Shown piece by piece: positions 40,888 through 51,940 of a DNA stretch of 64,000 nucleotides. The DNA lies in contig CAVXTM010000016.1 of NCBI GenBank assembly GCA_963764725.1, forward strand, positions 352,001-416,000. Direction: 5' to 3'. A program made the translations under genes and the position numbers. The DNA is from an uncultured Gammaproteobacteria bacterium (GTDB taxonomy: Bacteria; Pseudomonadota; Gammaproteobacteria; JACCXJ01). The notes under the pieces are model-generated. The model saw only the letters and a program-made list of their open reading frames with translations. It did not search any database and was not told the origin of the DNA. Position 1 is the first letter of the stretch. The number at the start of each line of letters is the position of its first letter.

Positions 40888-41800
40888 ACAGATCCATCCA
40901 AGGGCGCGAGCCCTGCTTCCAGGAGGCGAGGAATTTGAGCGCCTCTGCGCCCCCGATAGCCTCCAGGTATTCGGCGTGCGAGGGACAGCCATAGACGTAG
41001 GGCTGCAGGTAAAGATCACGAAATGCGGCCGCGCCGTCGCTCGCAAAGCGGTGGTACTCGGCGGTGTGCTGGCGATCGTAGGCATAGAACGGATAGCACG
41101 CGGTTGGGTGTGCTCCGTACGGGACCTCGGCCAACGCCGTGACGTAGAAATAGGGGATGGTCGTGCCCGCTTCCGTGAGCTGCTCGGGCGGCACGATCTT
41201 CTCAACCGTCGCGATCACCTTTTTAGATGCCTTGGCGAACAGGACGTCGGCGACGGGTGGCCCCTGGATCTGCAGATTGCCGTGCGCGTCGCCATAGTGA
41301 GCATGCAGAATCGCGACATCGGGCTGGAGCGCGGGCACGAGGACCAGCTCTTCCCCGGTGAACGGACAGAGTATGGTCTTGTAGTCCGGATCAATGTGCA
41401 TGAACCCCGTACCCCGCACCGAGCGGATAGGCATGAATGGCAGACCGGCAATCGCGGCGCGCAGCTGCTGCACCAGGGTATAACAACAGCTGTCCCGCAC
41501 CTCGACCGCCCCGGACTCGCAGGCGCGCCGATAATTAGGAGCCATCCCGAAGTCCTGTTCGAATCCCACGTAAGATTCGGCACTCACGGCCACGGCACCC
41601 GCCCCGCAGAGCAGGTCTACATCGATTCCATGCGCCGAGCCCACGAGCTTGAGGCCCTTGATCTGCTGCCGCACGAGCTCACGCAGAGCTGCCATGGGCT
41701 CGCGCCAGGACAGGCCACCGCCGATGGCAACGCAATCGCCCTCGCGTACGTGCGCGACCAAACTAGGGAGGTCACAGCGCTTGTCGGCTTGGGTGTACAT
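40880..41800 (-). CDS. CoA transferase alpha subunit (GctA/CatI-like)
   Basis: GDCVAIGG, REPMAALREL, GLPFMP, CPFTGE, PALQPDVAILHA and PYGAHP. Confidence 0.88.
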   Translation of the reverse strand: MYTQADKRCDLPSLVAHVREGDCVAIGGGLSWREPMAALRELVRQQIKGLKLVGSAHGIDVDLLCGAGAVAVSAESYVGFEQDFGMAPNYRRACESGAVEVRDSCCYTLVQQLRAAIAGLPFMPIRSVRGTGFMHIDPDYKTILCPFTGEELVLVPALQPDVAILHAHYGDAHGNLQIQGPPVADVLFAKASKKVIATVEKIVPPEQLTEAGTTIPYFYVTALAEVPYGAHPTACYPFYAYDRQHTAEYHRFASDGAAAFRDLYLQPYVYGCPSHAEYLEAIGGAEALKFLASWKQGSRPWMDLYA

Positions 41801-41806
41801 CGCTGT

Positions 41807-42586
41807 TCAGATCGCGGTCATGCCGCCATCGACGCAAAAGACGGCACCGGATATGAAGCTGGCCTCGTCGGAGGCGAGGAACAGCGCGGCCTGCGCTATC
41901 TCCTCCGGTCGGCCAAACCGACCGATAGGGTATTTGGCCAGCTTCGCCTGGGTTTCTGCGGTAGTGTCGCGCTCCAGGATCTGTCGATCGAGAGCAGTGC
42001 CCGCCACTCTTCCCGGGCATAAGCAATTCACCCGAACGCCGAGGGCGGTGTAATCGGCTGCCATCTGCCTGGTGAGCCCGATGACCGCCGCCTTCGAAGC
42101 ACAGTAGGCGGCCATCCTCGGGAACCCAATGACGCCGGCTATGGAGGCGATGTTGATGATAGCTCCCCCGTGTTGCTTCATCTGTGACAGTACGGCTTGG
42201 GAGCACAAAAACGTCCCAGTGACGTTGACGGCCATGATGCGTTCCCAGGAATCGGCGGTGGCGTCCTCGACGCTGCCAAACTCCGCGATACCTGCATTGT
42301 TGACAAGCACGTGGACCATGCCGGCATCGTGAGTAATGATCTTCCCAAACGTCTCCGCGACGCCTCGCGCATCGGCCACATCGACGCAGAAGGCAGCGGC
42401 GTCCATCCCCTCTTTGCGCAGCTCGACTTCGGTCTTTTCGACCAATGGCCCATCGCGATCCAGAATCGACATACGCGCACCTTCGCGGCCAAACAGGCGG
42501 GCTATTGCAAGCCCAATCCCGGAACCACCCCCGGTAATGATCGCATTCTTATTGGCTAATCTCGCCGCCAGGCTCGGCTTCTCCAT
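41807..42586 (-). CDS. SDR, 2-hydroxyalkyl-CoM dehydrogenase (XecE/S-HPCDH-like)
   Basis: TGGGSGIG, NNAG and YCASK. TRQMAADY...CPGxVAGT...KLAKYPIGRFG...VDGGMTAI recalls S-HPCDH, including the basic sulfonate-binding positions. Confidence 0.8.
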   Translation of the reverse strand: MEKPSLAARLANKNAIITGGGSGIGLAIARLFGREGARMSILDRDGPLVEKTEVELRKEGMDAAAFCVDVADARGVAETFGKIITHDAGMVHVLVNNAGIAEFGSVEDATADSWERIMAVNVTGTFLCSQAVLSQMKQHGGAIINIASIAGVIGFPRMAAYCASKAAVIGLTRQMAADYTALGVRVNCLCPGRVAGTALDRQILERDTTAETQAKLAKYPIGRFGRPEEIAQAALFLASDEASFISGAVFCVDGGMTAI

Positions 42587-42590
42587 GAGT

Positions 42591-44159
<1,569 letters not shown>

Positions 44160-44239
44160 TCAAACAAGCGAGCGAAGAGTGGACTGGCCGCATTCGTTTC
44201 GTGAACCTCAACAGTCTCGACGGTGATTTAGCACCCGAA

Positions 44240-44455
44240 TTAATGGAGCCTCGCACCTCCCCCATTGCAACATGGGCAACCCGCCCCATGTCGCACTTCA
44301 AGCGGATGCGGAACAGGGACCGAGTCCGCGCGTATCTGTGCCCGATCCCCGCCGCACTGCGAGCAGATCCACTTCTCGGGCTCGCGGGTACCGGCGAAGA
44401 CCATGCCGCCAAAGCGATAGCCACAGTCGGGGCACAGGAGTTGATAGATCGGCAT
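44240..44455 (-). CDS. FmdB-family zinc-ribbon protein
   Basis: MPIYQLLCPDCGYRF...WICSQCGG...GCPCC. Confidence 0.8.
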   Translation of the reverse strand: MPIYQLLCPDCGYRFGGMVFAGTREPEKWICSQCGGDRAQIRADSVPVPHPLEVRHGAGCPCCNGGGARLH

Positions 44456-44499
44456 CGTGTGATACTTACGCGAAACCCGACATTGGACGGGTTGACGCG

Positions 44500-45618
44500 T
44501 CAAGCGGCCTTCTTGCCCAGCTCCGCCCGCACCAACTCTGTCCCCTGCACTAACGCGTGCAGCTTGTCGATGGCAATGTAGCGCTGCAGCAGGATCAGAC
44601 CGCAGTCGGTCGTGACCCCGAGACGCTGGGCCGGTACCACCTGCAAAAGCCGCCGGATCCGATCCGCGACCTGCTCTGCAGTTTCCGTGATCGTGCTCTT
44701 GACATCGATTACTCCCGCCCAGAAACAGACATTGTCTGGCAGCGGGTGGGCCTTCATGATCTCGAGGCCGCTCATATCGTCGCTCCGGCGGCCACAGTTC
44801 TCGAGATTCAAGACATTGATGCGCGCTTGGTAGGCCTTCGGCACCACGGAGCCTGTGGCCGCGGGTTCCTTGCCGCGTCGCTTGCTCAGGTCGAAGATCT
44901 CGCCCGCCTTAGCCGTATCGTCCGGCAAGTAAGCTGGTGTGCCTCCCCAGTTTCCCCAACACACATGGACGACGATCTGGGCATTCTTGACGCCCTCCAC
45001 GGCGCGATTGAATGCCTCGACTGCCCAATTTTCAAATCCGTAGGGCCAGGTAAACTCGTCTAACTGAATAAAATCGACGCCGAGGGCATCCACTTCCCGC
45101 AGGTCTTCATTGATCGCCGCGGCAATCGCCATGGCCCGATCACGTGAGGATTTGTAATGCAGGTCATTGGTCGCCTGAGCCAGGACCTGAATACCGGTGT
45201 ATTGGATCTTGATAGGCTTCCGGGTCGCTCGCTTCAGTGCCCGCGCCTGTTCCACCATAATGGCGCCGCGCCGTTTGACTTCTTGGTCCAAGGTCCCGGC
45301 GTGCAGGCGGCTGTAGATGGGAAAGCCAAGATAACCGCCCTTGAGGTTATATCCCAGGCGCCGGTAGTAGTAATAGACTGCCTGGTCGGCATAGTTGTCG
45401 CCGTGCACCCGCCCGTCAGCGATGATGTCGAGCCCAGCGTTCTCTTGGTCCCTGGCGATGGCCGCGACCGCATCCTCCAAGGCCTCGCGCATCAGGGCAT
45501 CCGGGGGTTCTTGGTCGCCGGTAAAGTCCCGCGCAAACTCGGCGTCCCACCATCTCGGATTCGGGTAGTTTCCCACCATGCTGGTCGGGATAAGTATTTC
45601 TTGATTACGAATTTTCAC
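44500..45618 (-). CDS. etnE: Epoxyalkane:coenzyme M transferase (EtnE/XecA, MetE-like Zn enzyme)
   Basis: VGNYPNPRWWD, DGRVHGDNY, GFPIYSRLHAG, Zn ligands HVCWGN and TTDCG, AGVIDVKS; strong AGGAGGAGG ribosome-binding site; CoM gene context. Confidence 0.92.
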   Translation of the reverse strand: MKIRNQEILIPTSMVGNYPNPRWWDAEFARDFTGDQEPPDALMREALEDAVAAIARDQENAGLDIIADGRVHGDNYADQAVYYYYRRLGYNLKGGYLGFPIYSRLHAGTLDQEVKRRGAIMVEQARALKRATRKPIKIQYTGIQVLAQATNDLHYKSSRDRAMAIAAAINEDLREVDALGVDFIQLDEFTWPYGFENWAVEAFNRAVEGVKNAQIVVHVCWGNWGGTPAYLPDDTAKAGEIFDLSKRRGKEPAATGSVVPKAYQARINVLNLENCGRRSDDMSGLEIMKAHPLPDNVCFWAGVIDVKSTITETAEQVADRIRRLLQVVPAQRLGVTTDCGLILLQRYIAIDKLHALVQGTELVRAELGKKAA

Positions 45619-45687
45619 CGTTGTCTCCTCCTCCTAGGACAGCTCACCTATGGTCATCCAAGCGGCAGGGATTTGCAAGGACTAGTA

Positions 45688-45705
45688 TTTGTTTATCTTT
45701 GTTAT
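45688..45705. promoter_or_regulatory. AT-rich direct repeat upstream of etnE (candidate operator)
   Basis: tttgtttat-c-tttgttat, two copies with starts 10 bp apart. Shares TGTTAT with the palindrome at 48012-48029. Confidence 0.4.
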
Positions 45706-45741
45706 TCTTCGCTAATCAGATTGACTGGACCGTTTTGCGAG

Positions 45742-46551
45742 CTACGGTCCCAGGGTTTCGACACTGCTAAGCCCAGCGACCAGCCGGTCCGGCAACTGGA
45801 TGCGTGGGTGGAGGCACAGGGATTCGAAGATGGTCACAGCCGGAAACGCTTCTAGCGAATACTGGCAGACGATAGTCACTCCCGGAAGCCGGCGTAGCTG
45901 TGCATCGAGCTGCGCCTCATAGCTTAGGAGCTGCTCGTAGCCCGGCGCACCGCGCGTCGCCCATGACATCTCACCGGTCAACAAGAGCCGCATAGCGTTC
46001 TTCTTTCGAGCCCGAGCGATCTCAGTCTCCCAAAAGCGGAGCATGCGAGCGGAATCGAAAGACCCGTTACGCAGATAGGACTTCGACGCTGGAATTAAGC
46101 GGAGTAAACCTCGTGAGATTGAGGACGCAGCCTCCAAGCCTTCGGAACGGAGCCAGGCGTGTACCCGGGCTTCCCCATCTTCCCCATCGCAGAGATAGAC
46201 CGTAGCGGTCCCGGGACGGAGATGCGACAACAGGTACGGCGCGAGTAACCGCCACTGCTGTTCAACGGTCTTGAAGTTTATGCAAACATGCTGCGGGAGT
46301 TTCTCCCGCATCGCGGTTGTCAGCGACTCCGCTGCCGGCGCGGTTAGCGGGTTGGGGTGCAGGATCTCGGCGCCAGGAGGCGAGCGCACAAACGCTAACA
46401 GATGATCCAGCTTGAAGCGGCGTTCATGGCGGTGGCCGACGCGATAGCAAGGCAGTTTTCCGTTAGCCGTCCAGCGACGTAGCGAGGTTTTGCTAACCTT
46501 TAAGAATGCGGCTGCTTCGTTGATAGTTAGGAATCCCTGGGGGTCTGGCAT
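45742..46551 (-). CDS. DcmR-like regulator: excisionase/MerR-type HTH plus MEDS sensor domain
   Basis: LTINEAAAFLKVSKTSLRRW...ERRF, then HVC, YLRNGSFD, LTGEMSW, YEAQL, VCQY and LHP. Confidence 0.85.
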   Translation of the reverse strand: MPDPQGFLTINEAAAFLKVSKTSLRRWTANGKLPCYRVGHRHERRFKLDHLLAFVRSPPGAEILHPNPLTAPAAESLTTAMREKLPQHVCINFKTVEQQWRLLAPYLLSHLRPGTATVYLCDGEDGEARVHAWLRSEGLEAASSISRGLLRLIPASKSYLRNGSFDSARMLRFWETEIARARKKNAMRLLLTGEMSWATRGAPGYEQLLSYEAQLDAQLRRLPGVTIVCQYSLEAFPAVTIFESLCLHPRIQLPDRLVAGLSSVETLGP

Positions 46552-46560
46552 ATCTACAGG

Positions 46561-47973
46561 TCACTTTCCGTATTTGTCCCAGTGGCCTCGGAAGAGGGTT
46601 TGCTCGCTGATCACGCGTGCCTGGATCGGCCGCGAGACCCAGGTCAAGTTGATAAAGTGTCTGGCATTGACGTTTTCGGTGGTGATATTACCACCCCACG
46701 TGCCACAGCTTAGGCTTAGGGTATAGGGAAGCCCATTTCTGGGGCTACCGGCACCCTCGTTGAGATTCTGATTGACCAGGATCCGCCCAGTCTTAGTTCC
46801 GTAAGCCAACGCCATCACATGCTCATCCGAGCGCGTGTGAATCCCGCACGTGTGACCGCGTCCCTGATAATTAGTAATCGTGTTGACCAGTTTGACCGCA
46901 TTCTGGATCCCTCCTTCGTAGCGGTACAGCGCTAACACGACCGATAATTTTTCGCCCGAGAAGGGATACTCAGGCCCCACTCCGCTCTCCTCTACCACGA
47001 GGAAACTTCGGTCACCCGGCATCGTGATGCCCGCCATACGCGCGATCTGCCCCGCAGCTTTTGCAATCACAGCGACAGAGGGAATCGATGAAGCGGGATC
47101 CGGCCACATGAGCCTTTGCAGGTTGGCCTTTTCGTTCGAGTTGCACACATAAGCGCCGTTGGCAACCAAGGTCGCGGTCAAGTCATCGTAGATTTCTGCG
47201 GCGGCGACTACGGCATTGTCGGCAAGGCAACTGGTCGCACAGTCAAAGGTCTTTGCCGTCGCGATCGCTCGCGCTGCGTCCTCGAGGTCCGCGGTCTCAT
47301 CAACGACATGGACGGTGTTCCCCACACCCACCCCGTACGCCGGGGTCCCAGAACTGTAAGCGGCCTTGACCATCCCCTCCCCGCCAGTCGCAACGATCAG
47401 ATCGGCCTGGCGCATGAGCTCTTGGGTCTTGACCAGCGATGGCTTGTCGACGATCTGGACGAGATCGGCCGGGGCGCCGACCTGCTCGCAGGCTTCGCGC
47501 ATGTACTGAACCGCTAGCGCCGTGGTCTTCTGGGTGCGCGGGTGGGCAGCGATGACGATGGCGTTACGCCCTTTCAGGACCAACAAGGCCTTAAGCGGTG
47601 GCGTTGCATCGGGTCCAGTCGTGGGAATCAGGGCAGCGACCACCCCGACCGGTTTAGCGATCTTGACCAGTCCTCGCTCGGCAATCTCCTCGACAAGGCC
47701 GACCGTCTTGACGTTCGCGATATCCGCCAATGTACCCATGATGCGATTTCGAATCTTGGTCACTTTGTCGTGATAGTTTCCGAAACCGCCTTCATCCACC
47801 GCGAGCTTTGCCAGGGCCTCGGCCCGCTCCTGGCGCACCACTGACCAGGCCACCGCCGCGGTCAGATCATCGACCTGTTGCTGGGAGTATCCCTCGATGG
47901 CCTCATGAGCCCGTCTTGCTCGTCTGACCAAGTCCCCGATGACAACGGCTGTGTTCGTATTCTCAGAACTCAA
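46561..47973 (-). CDS. CoA-acylating aldehyde dehydrogenase (SauS/AdhE-N-like)
   Basis: KPVGVVAALIP, ATGG, AYSSGTPAYGVGVGN, catalytic Cys in ATSC, SGEKLS, GHTCGIH and CGTWGGN. TTG start. Confidence 0.88.
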   Translation of the reverse strand: MSSENTNTAVVIGDLVRRARRAHEAIEGYSQQQVDDLTAAVAWSVVRQERAEALAKLAVDEGGFGNYHDKVTKIRNRIMGTLADIANVKTVGLVEEIAERGLVKIAKPVGVVAALIPTTGPDATPPLKALLVLKGRNAIVIAAHPRTQKTTALAVQYMREACEQVGAPADLVQIVDKPSLVKTQELMRQADLIVATGGEGMVKAAYSSGTPAYGVGVGNTVHVVDETADLEDAARAIATAKTFDCATSCLADNAVVAAAEIYDDLTATLVANGAYVCNSNEKANLQRLMWPDPASSIPSVAVIAKAAGQIARMAGITMPGDRSFLVVEESGVGPEYPFSGEKLSVVLALYRYEGGIQNAVKLVNTITNYQGRGHTCGIHTRSDEHVMALAYGTKTGRILVNQNLNEGAGSPRNGLPYTLSLSCGTWGGNITTENVNARHFINLTWVSRPIQARVISEQTLFRGHWDKYGK

Positions 47974-48011
47974 CGATCCGGCCCTCAGAATCTCGCCCTA
48001 TAGCATTACTC

Positions 48012-48043
48012 ATAACATAGCATTGTTATACTTTATTCGTCAA
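48012..48043 (-). promoter_or_regulatory. Sigma70-type promoter overlapped by the palindrome ATAACA-N6-TGTTAT
   Basis: Minus strand TTGACG (48038-48043), 18-nt spacer, TATGTT (48014-48019) with an extended TG. Palindrome at 48012-48029. Confidence 0.55.
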
Positions 48044-48178
48044 AGGTAAGCCGTGGTTCTGTCGATAACAGATGCCCGAGCTTGAGATGCTTTAGTACGC
48101 AGGTACGTTCAAGCGCTTTTGTTGCAGGTTCGAGATGCGACCACGTTGGCGGCCAGGCCACAGCAGCTAAAAAGTGAC

Positions 48179-49789
48179 CTACAGGGCCATATAAGAATTC
48201 ATGCGCCCGACCGACCTTTCACGAATCAGATCCGCTGCCTTCTCGGCGATCATGATCGTTGGCGCATTGGTGTTACCGCTCACGATCGCCGGCATGATCG
48301 ACCCGTCCACGACTCGCAATGCCTCGATTCCGCGCACTCGCAGATAGGGATCGACGACCGCCATCTCGTCGTTGCCCATCTTGCACGTACCGACAGGGTG
48401 CCAAGTGGTAGAGGCGGTACGCCTCACGAAGGACTCGATGTCCGCGTCGCTTCTCAAGCTCACGCCCGGCGCTATCTCCTCGCCGCGGATGTCGTCAAAT
48501 GCTTTGGAATACAGAATTCTGAGGTTCCAGCGCACGCCGGCGACGGCACATCTTACGTCGTCAGGTACGCTCAAGTAGTTGGGGTTGATAATCGGCCGAT
48601 CGAGAGGATCGGACGAGGCGAGTGTGATCTCGCCACGGCTTAGCGGTCGATTAATGTAGGAGGTAAACGTAACGCCATGCCGTTTTGGTGGCCCGGCTTC
48701 GGGGTAATCAGGAGAGAGGGTCATCAGAAAAAATAGCTGTAGTCCCGGATACGCCTCTTGCGCCTCGCTTCTGACGAACGCTCCTGCCTCAAGGAAGTTC
48801 GAGCCGAGCGCGCCGCTTCGATTCGCTTCGTATTCCCGAAGTGCGGCTGCCTTTAGTTTATCCGGGAGCGGAGCAAAGGTGAGCGGTTGCGTGATCTCGC
48901 ACCGCACCCGGGCGTGGAGGTGGTCCTGTAGATTCTGGCCCACGCCCGGGAGATCCTGGCGAACGTCGATACTCAGCCGCTGAAGGGCGGTATTTGGCCC
49001 GATACCGGAAAGCATCAGTAACTGCGGCGAACGGAAAGCGCCGGCTGACACAATGACCTCACAAGCAGCGTGCGCTTTCTCCACGGCCCCAAAGCGAAAA
49101 TATTCGACTCCCACTGCGCGGGTTCCGCTGAAATGTAGCCTCGTCGCATAGGCGTGTGTCAGGACGGTCAGATTCGGACGCGAGCGCGCCGGGTGCAGGT
49201 ATGCAACAGCGGTGCTGCATCGGGCACGGTTCGCGAGCGTTGCCTGTAAGGGACCGCACCCTTCCTGAAGCTCGCCGTTGAAGTCCGGGTTGAACGGAAT
49301 TCCAATTTCTTGGGCGGCGGCTAGATAGCACGCAACGAGAGCGTTAGAAGAAGGATGGCTTTCCACCAGGAGCGGACCCGCTGTACCGTGATATCGGTTG
49401 GAGATGGCTTGATTGTTCTCGGCTTTCACAAAGTACGGTAAGACGTCATCGTAGCCCCAACCATCGTTTCCACTGCGACACCATTGATCGTAGTCACCGC
49501 GGTTTCCGCGGATGTAGATCATGTAATTAATGGCGCTCGATCCTCCGAGCACCCTGCCTTGAGGCACAAAGATACGGCGTCCGTCTAAATGTGCTTGGGG
49601 AATCGTTCGATCAGCCCAGTCGTAGGGGCTATCTTGCAGCTGTCCGTAGAATGCCGGTGTCCGGATCAACGGCGAGTCGTCCTCGCCGCCGGCTTCGAGC
49701 AAAAGCACCCGACAAGCGGGATCTTCCGTCAACCTGCTTGCTAACACGCAACCGGCCGATCCTGCGCCGATGATGACGTAGTCAAACAT
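48179..49789 (-). CDS. GMC-family FAD oxidoreductase (choline dehydrogenase-like)
   Basis: GAGSAG, GRVLGGSSAIN, GVGQNLQDH, WHPVGTCKMG and GNTNAPTIMIAEK. Confidence 0.92.
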   Translation of the reverse strand: MFDYVIIGAGSAGCVLASRLTEDPACRVLLLEAGGEDDSPLIRTPAFYGQLQDSPYDWADRTIPQAHLDGRRIFVPQGRVLGGSSAINYMIYIRGNRGDYDQWCRSGNDGWGYDDVLPYFVKAENNQAISNRYHGTAGPLLVESHPSSNALVACYLAAAQEIGIPFNPDFNGELQEGCGPLQATLANRARCSTAVAYLHPARSRPNLTVLTHAYATRLHFSGTRAVGVEYFRFGAVEKAHAACEVIVSAGAFRSPQLLMLSGIGPNTALQRLSIDVRQDLPGVGQNLQDHLHARVRCEITQPLTFAPLPDKLKAAALREYEANRSGALGSNFLEAGAFVRSEAQEAYPGLQLFFLMTLSPDYPEAGPPKRHGVTFTSYINRPLSRGEITLASSDPLDRPIINPNYLSVPDDVRCAVAGVRWNLRILYSKAFDDIRGEEIAPGVSLRSDADIESFVRRTASTTWHPVGTCKMGNDEMAVVDPYLRVRGIEALRVVDGSIMPAIVSGNTNAPTIMIAEKAADLIRERSVGRMNSYMAL

Positions 49790-49936
49790 AGGCTCCTGGC
49801 AGTTCTAAAGAACGAGAGACGTGTTTTTTAGCACGTGTATTAGGCGAAATCCAAGTCTAGGCCGCCACGGCTCGAGACGACTTTCCTGCAGAAAGACGCA
49901 GAAAGGGAGGCAGGCGGTGGCCGGGGCGTTGGCCTG

Positions 49937-51706
49937 CTAGATGGGCTCGGCGGCATCGGACTCGAACAGGCTGCGCAGCTCATCGGCCGCCTGCTTCGCG
50001 CTCTGGATGAGGGCGGTCTCATCGTGGTAGATCGCATGCTGGCGTTTCAGCAGAGCCTCGTCGTAGTCGCGGAACGTCCTCACCGTTCGTTCTCCCTCCG
50101 CTCTCGCTACACCTAATCCGCAAAGAACCTCGCGCGCCATCTCCAGGCTGGAGAGATAGGTGTCGCGATACAGCACCTCGACCTTCAGATCCATGAGCTT
50201 GTGACAGTGAAAGCGGTTGCGCGCACGCGCGTAGATGGGAACACGCGGGAAGTGCTTGCGCAACACGCTCGCGATCTTGACGGAGGTCTCGATGTTATCG
50301 ATGGCGAGCACGAAGAGCTTCGTGTTCTCGACCTTGGCCGCGCGCAGCAGCTCCAAGCGGGAGGCATCGCCGTAGTAGATCTTGCTGCCGAACTTGCGCA
50401 CGAAGTCGACCTGGGGCTGACTGATCTCGAGCGCGGTGAACGCGATGCCGCACATGCGCAGGATCCGGGCGATGATCTGGCCGAAGCGCCCGAAGCCGGC
50501 GATGACCACCGGGTTGGCAGGCTCGTCGATGCGGTCGTATTCGGGCTCCTCGTGTCGCGCGGCCCAGGGCTTGAGCAGCTTGTCGTTTATTAAAAAGAGT
50601 ACCGGGGCGAGCACCATCGCCAGGGTGATGACCATCACCAGCGTCTCGGCCGTCTCGGCGGCAACGATGCGATGGTCACGAGCAAGGCTGAACAGCACGA
50701 AGGCGAACTCCCCGCCCGCTGCGAGCGCGATGCCGAGGTTGCGGGCGGCATCGCTACCGCCGCCGGCCAGCCTGCCGATGAGATAGAGGACAGTGAACTT
50801 GATGAGAATGAGCACGGTAGCGAGGCCGATGAGCAGCAGCCCTTGCTCCCGTATAAGGCCGAGATTTACCGACATCCCGACGGCGATGAAGAAAAGACCG
50901 AGCAACAAGCCCTTGAACGGCTCCAGTTCAGCCTCGATCTCATGGCGGAACTCCGAGTCGGCAAGCAGCACGCCCGCGAGGAAGGCGCCCAGTGACATCG
51001 AGAGCCCGAGGGTGTGCATGAGCAGCGCGGTCCCGACGACCACCAGCAGTGCCGCCGCAGTGAAGATCTCGCGGGTGCCAAAGCGGGCCACGCTGCGGAA
51101 CGCCAGTCGCAGCAACTGGCGGCCGACGACCACCATCGCCACGATCACCGCCAGCGCACGCATGATCCCAAGCCAGTCTACACCCTTCTGCGACAGGTCC
51201 GGGCCGACTGCCAAGAGCGGCACGATGGCCAGCACCGGGATCACAGCGAGGTCCTGGAACAGCAGGATAGCAAACGAATCGCGCCCGTGCCGCGTGGTCA
51301 GCTCGCCACGCTCCGCCAGTGTCTGCAACACGAACGCAGTGGAGGACATGGCAGCCCCCACGCCAATCACGACCGCTGCCAGCCAGCCTTGCCCCATGGC
51401 CGCGGCAAGCAGGGCGATCGGCAGGGCACTTAGCAGGAGCTGGGCGCTGCCCAGACCGAATACGGTGCGGCGTAGGACCCAGAGTCGCGAGGGTTGCAGC
51501 TCCAGTCCGATGATGAACAGCAGCAGCACTACGCCGAGCTCGGAGAAGTGCAGCGTGTTCTCGACATCGCTCACGAGCTCGAGACCCCACGGGCCAATGA
51601 GCATGCCGGCGATCAGATAGCCGAGGACGGTTCCGAGGCCAAGCCCCTTGAAGAGCGGGACGATGAGCACCGTTGCGGCTAGGAAGATCGCGATTTGTTC
51701 TAGCAT
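49937..51706 (-). CDS. kefC: Glutathione-regulated K+ efflux antiporter KefB/KefC (CPA2 family)
   Basis: ILLFQDLA, SEFRHEIEAELEPFKGLLLGLFF and the KTN motif IAGFGRFGQI. Confidence 0.88.
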   Translation of the reverse strand: MLEQIAIFLAATVLIVPLFKGLGLGTVLGYLIAGMLIGPWGLELVSDVENTLHFSELGVVLLLFIIGLELQPSRLWVLRRTVFGLGSAQLLLSALPIALLAAAMGQGWLAAVVIGVGAAMSSTAFVLQTLAERGELTTRHGRDSFAILLFQDLAVIPVLAIVPLLAVGPDLSQKGVDWLGIMRALAVIVAMVVVGRQLLRLAFRSVARFGTREIFTAAALLVVVGTALLMHTLGLSMSLGAFLAGVLLADSEFRHEIEAELEPFKGLLLGLFFIAVGMSVNLGLIREQGLLLIGLATVLILIKFTVLYLIGRLAGGGSDAARNLGIALAAGGEFAFVLFSLARDHRIVAAETAETLVMVITLAMVLAPVLFLINDKLLKPWAARHEEPEYDRIDEPANPVVIAGFGRFGQIIARILRMCGIAFTALEISQPQVDFVRKFGSKIYYGDASRLELLRAAKVENTKLFVLAIDNIETSVKIASVLRKHFPRVPIYARARNRFHCHKLMDLKVEVLYRDTYLSSLEMAREVLCGLGVARAEGERTVRTFRDYDEALLKRQHAIYHDETALIQSAKQAADELRSLFESDAAEPI

Positions 51707-51802
51707 GAGGGTTATGGTCAGTTGTGTGGATGGCGATCGTTGCAGGAACAGCGCCCTGCGCCGCGGCCACTCGTTAGGTCCGTGGCGGCAATGTTGTGAT
51801 GT

Positions 51803-51919
51803 TTATAGGATGGTGCGGACAATGCCGCCTTCGGCGGCCAGCGTTTCTGCGATGGCTGGGCCGATGCTTCCGGAGGAGGCGCTGACGAGAGCGAGTTTGT
51901 TGTGAAGCTGAAGATCCAT
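51803..51919 (-). pseudogene. Internally deleted SDR oxidoreductase (38-aa remnant)
   Basis: MDLQLHNKLALVSASSGSIGPAIAETLAAEG (SDR N-terminus) is joined directly to GIVRTIL* (SDR C-terminus). Confidence 0.7.
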
Positions 51920-51940
51920 GATGGTTCTTGTGGTTGAGGG

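Noticed and set aside
44500-45618. Cobalamin-independent methionine synthase
   Set aside because: Only the Zn catalytic half is present; EtnE-type motifs and the CoM context fit an epoxyalkane:CoM transferase.
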